A stretch of DNA of 64,000 bases. Source: Perna viridis (taxonomy: Eukaryota). The translations under genes and the position numbers were made by a program. Each line of letters starts with the position of its first letter. Within the stretch, counting starts at the first letter, position 1. The notes under the pieces are model-generated. The model did not search any database and was not told the DNA's origin. It saw only the letters and a program-made list of their open reading frames with translations. Shown piece after piece: positions 38,088 through 48,869 of this stretch. The stretch spans positions 8,308,001 through 8,372,000 of the forward strand of contig CM074511.1 in assembly GCA_037379345.1 (NCBI GenBank), read 5' to 3'.

Positions 38088-38539
38088 TTAGTAGGGTTTT
38101 TTCCTTGGACGACCACGTTTCCTATTGTACCTAGGCCATTCCCCCTGTCTCCTTTCTATACATTTGATATAGTGGTGTTCGTCGCATCTTGGACGCATGA
38201 TTACAACCCACGACACAGTAATATGCTCTAATTTCTCGTCCTGTCCCATATCTTTCAGGTAACTACCGACATCTTGTGCGTCGTATCCCGCCAGGTGGCT
38301 CAGCAATCTCTCTCGAATGCAGTCTTGTGATTGGCCAACGTAAATGACGATCCCTCGTTCCTGGATAGTAAAAATCCCTTTGGTTTCCGGGTCTGGTAAT
38401 TTATTTACAGGATATGACTGGTCAATTAGTGATTGACATTTATATTCTTTGCAGCCTCTTTTTGGCTGAAATTGAGATGAAATTTAGTCATGGAAGGAAA
38501 TTAAAAACCATTTTCTTAAACATACCAACCTTTTAGCAT
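38088..38539 (-). CDS. Small stand-alone GIY-YIG nuclease with C-terminal AT-hook (spliced; 5' exon uncertain)
   Basis: The frame is open from 38465 to the stop at 38088: ...LPDPETKGIFTIQERGIVIYVGQSQDCIRERLLSHLAGYD...ITVSWVVIMRPRCDEHHYIKCIERRQGEWPRYNRKRGRPRKKPY*. It shows the GI(F)-x9-YVG, R-x-R-L-x-x-H, catalytic E and YN pattern, then RKRGRPRK. One model is join(38530-38539, 38088-38392) = 104 aa. AATAAA at 37800-37805. Confidence 0.75.
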
Positions 38540-39019
38540 GTCTTATTTAAGTACCACTTTAGATAAAAATCGTACAAAAATGTTATAGTCATCAGAAATT
38601 AACATGTGGCTTTTCATATAACTTCTGCTCTTATGAGATGACAATAAATAGAATGTACTGTTGAGTTCATAATTAAGGGAGATAACTCTATAAATGACAC
38701 TAAAATACAATAGAAACTGTTGGATTTTCAATGTGGAATATCTCCTTAGAGCGGACAGATACATTTCATCATAAAGACCTATAAGGCAATTTAATAACAA
38801 ACGTAATCAGAAACTGAAGTCTTTTAAGTCGCTAATCGTCAAATAATTTATGCCACTGATTTTGGCTTGATTTCCATCCGAAATGTCACGAATACGATAT
38901 CTTCCAAAATCGGGTGACTTCCGCAAGAATCTTGGTTCCCTTGTTATGATTACTCTTTCGTCACCGTGATGACCCGAATGGTTCTCAATCAAAACAACTG
39001 GTTTCCAGGAAGTGCGGGT

Positions 39020-39790
39020 AATGTATTTTACTGTCACAGTAATGTTACAGTACTGTTATTTACGGTAATGTTACAGTATTGTTATTTACTGTACTATTTC
39101 ATTACTAAATTTTAAAGTGCTTTTCCATTACTGTCATTTACAGTAATGTTACAGTATTGTTACTTACAGTACTATTTCATTACTGAATTTTAAAGTACTT
39201 TTCCATTACTGTCATTTACAGTAATATTACAGTATTGTTACTTACAGTACTATTTCATTACTGAATTTTAAAGTATTTTTATGAGCAACTCGGCGGATGT
39301 TTCTAGAAAAGCAGAGGACGCTTACCCTACCGGTGCACCTGGTCCATGCTCCCAGTTTTTAGTGGAGTCCGAGTTGCTCATTTGCTTTTGTTACTTTGTA
39401 TGTATGATTTTAGTTACTTTATGTTCTTTGTTGTGTATGTCTGTTTTCCATGTCTGGTCTTTGTCCCAGGATTAAATTCTTTTGATTACCGCTATAACCT
39501 TGGTTCCCTTGATTACTCTTCCATTACTGTCATTTACAGTACTGTTCCATCACTAAATTGTACAGTACTGTTCCATTACTGAATTTTACAGTATTGTTCC
39601 ATTACAGAATTTTACGATACTGTCCCTTTACTGAATTTTACAGTACTGTTTCATTACTGAATTTCACAGTACTGTTCTATTACTGAATTTTACAGTACTG
39701 ATCCATTACTGAATTTTACAGTACATTTTCAGTACTGTGTGTGTAACAGTATCATTTCAGTAAGTTAAATTTTAAGTACAAGTACGGTAA
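39020..39790. repeat. ACAGTACTG-based satellite array (22-bp and about 67-bp periodicities)
   Basis: Repeated cattactgaattttacagtactgtt units. Confidence 0.88.
39279..39520 (+). mobile_element. Naiad 3' UTR/pLTR fragment inserted into a satellite
   Basis: Near-identical to the reverse complement of 40793-40945 over their shared part; interrupts a satellite unit at a T-run. Confidence 0.8.
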
Positions 39791-40792
39791 TACATTTCAC
39801 TAAGTATGCACTGTGTATTTATCAGACCTAAAAAACTGACAAAGTATATTTGAAGATGCATAGACATTTTGATATATACATATTTGACTTTGTTATTTTT
39901 AAAATGTGACGTCACAATGTTTTAACGTCATCAACTCCTTGACGTAAACCATGCAAAGAGCATGTCCTGGAGTTCTGGAAAGAAAATAGAAATATTTTTT
40001 TGTGAAATTGGACCCTACTGATATTATAAGATATCCGTTGATATCTATATGCCAAAAAAATATATGTTGTACACACGGTCCAAGAATTAAAAGATAACTG
40101 CAGAAGGGATGTGTACGTTCTTCAGTCACTTTTCTTATAGACAAAAGTACTTCGTTTGGTGTTTTACTAATAACATGATTACAGGAGTACCCACTTTGCA
40201 TATAGGGGATCAATAGACATGCCTTCTTACTATCATCCTATTTCAGTTTGTTCTTTGTACAATGTCCAAAGTTTTTGAGGGACATGTTTGTTCGTATACC
40301 TATGCATACATAAGTATTTAAATGATAAAAACCGAATACAGGGAGATCAGTCTGATTTAAGACAAGTCCATTCATATTGAACAAGTTGCTGGTAATTGAT
40401 GAATGGTTCAAATATATAAATAATATTTCAGCAACTGAAGGTTTTTGATCTCGGAACCTTTGGCTGAAGTGAGCAAAACAGGGGTTACCAACCCGCAGAA
40501 CATCCTCAGTATTTGGAGATTATCCAACTATACGAATATCATAGCGTTTTATAACGTAGAAACGGCTTGTCAAGCTTTCCTATAGATGATGTTGGAATGT
40601 GATGTCGGCCCTAGATTTCATGATTTTGTTGTCAATGAGATGCTTACACTCCAATAAAGAATTTGCCCCTCTCCCCTCCAAAAAAAAAATAATAATAAAC
40701 GTGTTCCTTTTTCACATTCAGTGGTCGTTTTTTACGTTACATTTCATTTTCAAGTTTGGTGCTTTTATGAGTAATTAACAGTTGGTTGTCCA

Positions 40793-41394
40793 GAACTAAA
40801 CATAAAGTAACTAAAATCATACATACAAAGTAACAAAAACAAATGAGCAACTCGGACTCCACTAAAACTGGGAGCATGGACCAGGTGCACCGGTAGGGTA
40901 AGCGTCCTCTGCTTTTCTAGAAACATCCGCCGAGTTGCTCATAATAAGTCAAGGCCGGGGTAGACAAACGAGGAAAAGAAAACTATGACCCGTTGAAGAA
41001 ATCAGTTTTCATGGTGCTGGTGGATACACCATAACGATCCACGAGTTCATGGTGACGACCATAAAACTTCTGTAGTGATTACTTCAATCTTGTAGCAACA
41101 TAACCCTGTTCCAGAAGCCTATTTGTTAGAGTTCTAGCGCGATACAAAAAGTCTGCGTAGTTTCGGCAAGCTCTGGCATAACGTATGACTTGTGATATGA
41201 ACATTCCATACGCAGGTGCAGGGATGTTGCCACAGATGAAAGGAAAGTTGACAATTCTGAATGAAAAGTCATCACGTTTGTCGTAAAGTTTGGTCAATAG
41301 TTTTCCTTTACCATTGATTTCTAGGTGTAGGTCAAGATATGAGGCTGACTTCACAGTGTCTGCAGTATCCTTTATCTCAGGTTCTTTTGGGTAG
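40793..41394 (-). mobile_element. Naiad-type Penelope-like RT C-terminus plus 3' UTR
   Basis: SASYLDLHLEI..KLYDKRDDFSFRIVNFPFICGNIPAPAYG.FISQVIRYARAC, with no C-terminal endonuclease; followed by the gagcaactcggcggatg... repeat. Confidence 0.85.
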
Positions 41395-41404
41395 ACCAGA
41401 TGTT

Positions 41405-41735
41405 CCTAGTAAACATTACTGTAATTATACTGAAAAAAAATGTAGTACTGAAACTATACTGAAAACTTACTGAAACATACAGTACTGAAAATATACTGTT
41501 TAACACAGTAATTAAAATGCTTTTTGTAAAAGACGGTACTGAAAACGTACTGTAAACTTCAGTAAAGAAACAGTACTGTAAATGAAAATAATGGAATAGT
41601 ACTGTAAAATCCAGTGATGAAACTGTACTATAAATGACAGTACTGTAACATTACTGTAAAAGACAGTACTGTAACGTCACTGTAAAAGACAGTACTGTTT
41701 CAGTAGTCATTACTACAGTACAGTTTCAGTACAAA
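41405..41735. repeat. Inverted copy of the ACAGTACTG satellite
   Basis: Its reverse complement is collinear with 39020-39790. Confidence 0.8.
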
Positions 41736-44700
41736 ATAGAAATGTGTTAGTTTAACGTTGGTAAATTATTGGTAGTGTATATATAGATCGGGTCCTGATA
41801 ATGTTTATAGCCTATATAGTCAATTGCAACGAGCCCGTGTCTGAATCGAGAGACTGAGTTCAGTGCTAACCGATCTTTTTATCTTTTAATGTAAACTTCC
41901 CGTTCTCATACAAGCAAAAATCACATGTTGAACACGTGTATGATATTTAAGAGGTACACTTTGATCTCATGTGAAGCTAGAATTGATGGTTTGGTTTTAC
42001 CGCACCAATCAGCAGCATAATGTGGTGTGGCAATATTATGCAAATCATATGCGAATGTAAAGTATTGATATTACGAATTACGAGTGCAAGCAGTCACTAA
42101 CAATATTAGGGACTTAAAAATGTATAGCCTTTTTTTTATTAGTGTATCGCATATTATAGAATTTGCATGATTCTTACAAAGACTGCTACTTAATATTCCT
42201 GAATTTAAAGGTCAAAACGACTGGCGTTCAGTTATTGAATACAAATGTAACCCATTTTTATGTTCAAGAATTCACGATATTCTTGAAAACTCGAATTTTA
42301 TGCAGTTTATAATTTGTGATTCCTTTTAATTTCAAGTTACTGTTGTGAAATACTTTGACAGATTGGCAATCTCTACTTATCAAGTCTATAAACAAAGACT
42401 TGTGATACTATCATTCCATTGTTTTACTGTCCCGCTTTGTGAGAGGCGTACAGTGACCATAGTGTTCATCTGTCCGCCTGTTCTTCCTTCGTCTGCACAT
42501 GTCCAAAAAAGAGAAGGGACGATAAAGGCTCTAATATGCCTAACTAATCATAAACTGTTGAAATATGAAGACTTGAATCCATATAACAAATGAGAAAACA
42601 TAAAGACTTCCGACATCTTATATGCATTATGAGATATCCTATGAAATTTAAAAGATAGCTAATAAAATGTATAAAATATCTCGTATGTTTTTTAAGATAT
42701 TTATAGCATACTTCTGTCAAAATATTAAGTGGCTGACTGTTATGTGTAGTTTCAGACAAAGAAATAACGAACAAAGGTGTATGAACATTCGGTTATCAAT
42801 ATTGCCCAAAAATATCAGCTCCCTTGTAGTTACATAAACGTATGTGAGACTGCAAAGAATTGTTAATTCTTTGGTGTTTTTTTTTTCGAGCATATTTACA
42901 CTAAGAAACTGACAACTATAACCATACCCAAGATACAACTGAATATTTTCACATATGATAAAATATGTAATTATGAATGTATTCACTAAATATGAACTTG
43001 TTTTTTGGGTGTAGACACCATTTTCTTGTATAATGCGCAGATTATAAAATCGTAAGATTCAATTTTGACTGAAGAGACAGCAACTACAATTTATACTTGA
43101 CCATATGTCACTGGGTTGGGGAGCGAGTTCAATTTTCCGTGTTGTATAAAGCTCATTTGAAATGTACGACACGAAGTGTCGATAGAGTCAACATATAAAG
43201 CCGGAAGGTGATCAACGATTCAAGGCCTTGGCTGAAAATATGTCTTCACGTTCGGTCATAGTCAAAGGTACAACAATTGTGTCGTGTCCATTTTGTTTGA
43301 AGTTATTCTGTATGTATTTAAGTTTGTTTATTCCCATGCCAACTAAACTAAATTTTTCGCCATTTTATGTCAGTTAACTATAACTGCAAGAATTAGACCA
43401 ACAACTAAATCAAACACCAGAGTTATCACGTAATTATATTGAACAATGAAAATACAAGTATTTTGTTTCTGCATGGTTCTGCATTTGACGGACAAGGTTC
43501 GGTGCTTTGTGATATCCGCTGTGAATTACAACCGGACGGACCCAACACAGTGAATTAAAAAACCGGAACTAATATTGACACCCACCTTGAAAATACATTT
43601 GCCGTGAACGTGGTCTACTATTTGTACCAGACTGAGATACATGCTTAAAAGTAGTATGAATGTTGATATCATTGACTTAATAGTAGATTTATAATTTGAT
43701 TACTTTAAGATGATTATATATACATTTATAATAACAATAATGTTTCTTTTTCGTAAACAAATTATTATTATGACCTTCGACATGTTGAATGCTGGAAATA
43801 AAGCATAACTGCGGAAGATAAAATTTGAGTAACAGACTGTTTAATTGTTTGTAGAGTTGTATAATTTCTTATTTTTATTTAAAGTTTCGTTTAAGAGTGT
43901 TGTTGGATAATTGTCGTCGTATTTGTGAAAATGTTTAGATGGTACCGATGACATACGCAAGTCCAATACAAAATGCCCTTGTACTCACCTCCATGGGGTA
44001 GGGCCCGCAAAAATCACCCCTTAACACAAGAGGTGAGGTGTGCGCGCTCATGGAAACCTACTCACAACACCCGGGTCCTAAACCAGAAGTGTACCCGAAA
44101 GGAATACAATTGTAGTAATTTTTGTACTTGTTTCCCTTCAAATTTACGAGCATACACCAACTATAGACTATTATAGTAACTACTGAGCTAGGAGTGTATC
44201 CGTAACCACGCACTTACTATTATAATGAGCTGAATGACAGAAAGAAAATATGAAAAACGCGTAAAAGAAACAGAATAAAAAAGATAACACTCTAAACGAT
44301 GAAAAGTCATAAACCTTTGTTATTTAGTTCATTTTTATAATTTGCAACTTTATTAACCAATGGCAGATACCGTTCCTATCGTTAGAAGAAACTACTACGG
44401 ACTGGGGATCGATGTCTAACCAACGTTTCAAAGTATCTTTTCAATAAAATAGGGCAAAATTTTTCATAAAACTTAAGTAATTAAGGTTTTTCTTATAAAC
44501 GTACTAAAATAATTCTACAAAATTTTGGCGACCAAAAGGTCGCGTTTTAAGTGTATTGTAAGAAGACAAGGTTTCAAAGTTATGAAAATTAGCGTTCTAC
44601 ATGCACCGCCTTTATAATTGGAATGCATACCATGTTTCGAAACTCAATTTCATATCCGATATCAAATCCAAATCACTCAGAAACCACAAACTGTTTACCT

Positions 44701-46508
44701 CCTGAGATGATTTATTTTTAGGTGGAAATTCCCAACAGTTTTGTTCTTACATTTTATTTGGGGAATCACCTTTCTCTATATATAAAATGTTAAATCTACA
44801 TTTTACAACTTAACAAAATGTCTTACTGGAAAGCAAGCTTGGCATTCTGCATACATCATTTCACCTGAACAATTTAAAATTGAGATGGAAAATGGCCATA
44901 CAATATGGCGGTAATTATAAGTTTTTATACTCCTTTAGTTTCGGGATTTCCCTTATTTGAATTGTGACATTTAAGGTATTTGTTTGTATTGTACAAATCG
45001 AATTACTAAATATGTTGCCATAGCGTGTCTGGCATACATATTAGACAAATTCAATCCAATCAAGTCTGTGGCAACAAAAATGGGTCACATTCGAATCATA
45101 GAAATCAAAGTTTCAAGAAAATTTGAAAATAATAAATTTTTATCACAAATGTTAATAACACTACATTAAGAATTCGCATGTATATTAATTAAACTGTATT
45201 ATTTTCGATGGCAGTCGAGTCACTAAGGATTTTCCTTGTTATCATAAGTAGTGGTTCATATCAGAATTGCGATGGTTTCACCTAAATTTTGTTTTTTATC
45301 TATAAGCATCTAGATATATTGATTAAACGTATGTAGATAAAAGCTTTCCTTAAAATTATTTAAATACTTTAAATTTCGATCTAGTGACAAGACTAAAATA
45401 AGTATCTTGATGACGATACCATTACAATTTTTGATATGAATCGCCTCGGCTAATATATAGTGTCACAAAGCATCTTCATGCTTCTTGTGTATTTTCATCT
45501 AGATGCTTATGAATTGAAATTATTAAGATGATTTCATAGCATACATATATTTTAACTTTATCTAGATGTAAAACCCGTGCAGATGAAACCGTATAAATTC
45601 TATAGAAATCGCAACCCCTAAAAACCGGACTGTTTGATTCGTACAAGAATCTGCACTAGAGTTTTCAGTGGAGTAGGTAATACGAACAGTATATAGTCTT
45701 CCTTGTTTCTCCGGTGTATTATATGTGCATCCCAATATTGTAATATAACACTCCATCAAGTTGTGGGCAACACATAAAAGCGCCGAAGTCCATCAGTCGT
45801 TATTTCTACATTTTATACCCAAACTGGTATTCAAGACAGTATGCACATCTCAGTGTGGTTATAATACATCCCAGTTTCATTACAATGTTGAAAGCTGCAT
45901 AGAAAAGTTGTGGACGGGCAGACAGACAGGATGAAACCTATATAAACCCCCAAACTTCGTTTGTGAGATAAAATAGAAGATCTTAAGACCAATTAGTGCT
46001 TGCCTACATATATAGTCTTATACTTTATGGTAAGTTGACCGATGAACTTTTGAAAAATGATTACGATACAATTCACTTTCCTTATTCCTAAATTTGTAAT
46101 ATATACAGGTACAACACTGCTGATAATTATTTGGTCAATACAGGAATTATTTATAATCAGTCACTTCATCCCACATTCGTTGATAACGATGAGTAAAAAT
46201 TTTCTCCTTGATTTTTTTCAGAAATCGAACACCTTGCTAGCTTCCTTGTTTGATAATGGGTCACCTGGGTCAAATATTAAGTATTACGTATTTTAATGTT
46301 TTCCATTACAAGGATCTACTTCAATTCTCAACGAAAGTGACAAGATCCCTTCGAAAAAAATCATTTTATTTCTGTACAGTAACTACCTGACAGCAACCTT
46401 TTTCAGTTTCAATTCATATGTTAGAGCAGTACGGTACTTATATTTTAAGTATTTTGTGAAGAATGGCAAACATAAAGAAAAATGAACAAAGTGTGTATAT
46501 ATAGTGTA

Positions 46509-47125
46509 TTTATTAACTGACACAGCTTGGTATAAATAAGCCACTAATCTTTCACAATTTTTTTCAAAAACTAAGGCACCATTTCAAATAACTTCGCCGA
46601 TGTTTTGCACACAAATATCAACACAGCCAATATGTTTTAATAATCCTCGTTGCATATAGATGACAAGCATAAGAAACTACCGAACAGGTAGTAATGTTCC
46701 AAAAATCACAATGCCTTTACAGACATGGGGTGTCTATGAATTGTCCCTATAGACATATACTGTAAATATATAATTTAAATAAAACAACAATATAATTATG
46801 TGTAACAATTAACATTTTCTATTGCACTTATCCTGTTTAAAGGAAAGGTATATTAATTACATCAACATAATATCATGACAAACTAAAACATCACCATATC
46901 CGTAAAATGCGTGTTTTTTTTTCAATACAAAGTTCATTCTTCTAACTTAAAAAAAATATCTAAAGGGCAAAGATAAACAGAAGATATAATATCAAATTAC
47001 AAACATGAATATTCACCTGCAATTAATGGACCTTATGTAAATTTAAGTATTCCCTAAGAATGCATCATAAAATACCATTGTAAGCAATATAGAGGGCTGA
47101 AATGTGGCTGAATTCAACACGTCTC
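46509..47125 (-). other. Probable last (3' UTR) exon of Dab with AATAAA
   Basis: Strong acceptor ttttggttttgtttctctaattacag before 47125; AATAAA on the minus strand at 46509-46514. Confidence 0.5.
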
Positions 47126-48824
47126 CTGTAATTAGAGAAACAAAACCAAAAATATCATAACAAACAAGCAAACAAACATCAAGTAAACACAGTACACAGA
47201 AATTACAGACAAAACAATTAATGCAGAAACTGAAACAACCTTGCTTGATAAGTTTCTAATAGTCCAACTGGCAATGACTGAAATCCAGCACTCCTTCTAA
47301 TGATTTATTCTTTAATCGCCTACCAGTAAAATTCTTTATTTCTTAACTTCATTAATTTATTGTCAGATTCTAGTAAGGCACTTGTTTTGAGCAATGGCCT
47401 ATTGGTCCCAGATTTATTACTTTATAATAAAAGTCATAAAAATCAGTAAGATAACAAAGATGAAATTGAAGTGATATTAAATTTCATTTCATTATGATTA
47501 CACATACAGTTATAAGAACTGTACTATCTTTTACTTATTTTAGTAAGCAAATTCATCAACAACAAAAAATGAACCATTTGGTAAAGCTATGTCTACATCC
47601 AATAGCAGAAAGAAGGAATCTTTACTGACTATAATCACCATCAAATACCTTCAAGAGAGTTATAAAGCCTTATATTGTTGCATAGGTTTAAATATTTCTG
47701 TTGGGAAAGAAATCTAATTCTTTCCATCTATCAACACAAAAAATAGCAAGTCAAAAGAACAACCTTTATCAAGGAAGTTCTATGTGAGTATTTCAACCTA
47801 TACAGAAAAAAAGACATAAAAACAACTGTAAGGTTTGTGTAATTCTGAACTTCCTATAAAATACTGAATACAGTAAAAATAAAAATGATATAAACAAACT
47901 AATATGTGGTCACATGCAGTAATACAATAACAAAGTAGAGAAAAAAACATGTGTATTACATTGTAATCATTTTCTATATTGCATTTACTTAAAACTTGGT
48001 TCAACAGGCATTTGACCATTGACATCTATCATACATGTAATTACAAGTACTAGTAAACATTAAGATGATGTACAGCAAATAGTTGGTCTGTGAATAGTCT
48101 TTGGGTTCAAACATTTGCATAAATTGATTTGCCTACATTAAAGTGAACAGACATAGTGAGGGAAATCATATTGTAAAGTGAAACACAATAACTTGTATAC
48201 AATGTTAGACAAAAGTAGGTTATTTCAGTGAACACTGGTATCTATTAAAGCTGTACCCTGTCTACTTGTGTCAAGATGTATCTATGGCTGGAAAATAAGA
48301 AATTTAACAATCATAAATGTAATTTTTTTAGTAATAATGAATATGCTTCTCTATACTCTACAGCTTGCAGCTTTTACAGTGATGAAAATAATGGGTAAAT
48401 TCTATTCAATTGCTTACTGGATTAACATAAATCATTATAGGAGGAAGCTGTTATAAGGTGACCTACATAGTCAAGACAGAAATTATCAGCAGTATTCCAG
48501 TAAGTTTGATAGGGCAAGATGTCAAACTGGTGCTGCTTTCTGTGAATTAACTTCAAAAATGGTTCTCTTCCTTTTTACTGGTGATGTCTCTGTGTCAGTT
48601 TTATGTAAAAATAATGATAACACAAAGTAATAGTGCACTACAAAAACGAAGAGATTACTTATAAATGGCAGTACCTATCACTTCCAGTAAAATGTTCAAG
48701 GCTTGTATTCATAAAAGATCTAAAATTGAAAATTTAAGTGATCTGATTGGTAAAAATTTGAATTGAGAAAAAAATTCATGACATTGGGCTGTGAGATCTG
48801 ACCTAGGTCTGTAAAACTACCTAC

Positions 48825-48869
48825 CTATTTAAAGAAGGTATCAAATGGGTCATTGGCAGGTGGTGGCTG
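48825..48869 (-). CDS. Dab: Dab terminal coding exon ([14 protein letters not shown])
   Basis: tttacag acceptor, in-phase DPF motif, TAG followed directly by a gtaggt donor. Confidence 0.78.
   Translation of the reverse strand, partial: QPPPANDPFDTFFK

Noticed and set aside
38088-38465. GIY-YIG as the detached endonuclease of neighbouring Penelope/Naiad elements
   Set aside because: It lacks the PLE CCHH/Cys pattern, ends in its own stop, AT-hook and polyA signal, and is not collinear with any RT fragment.
4418-39582. Family of similar hydrophobic ORFs (SGVRVAHLLLLLCMYDF..., AEDAYPTGAPGPCS)
   Set aside because: Read-through of the Naiad 3' UTR repeat, not a gene family.
39899-40213. 104-aa minus-strand ORF between the satellite arms
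   Set aside because: Non-ATG start, no recognisable motif and no clear splice support.
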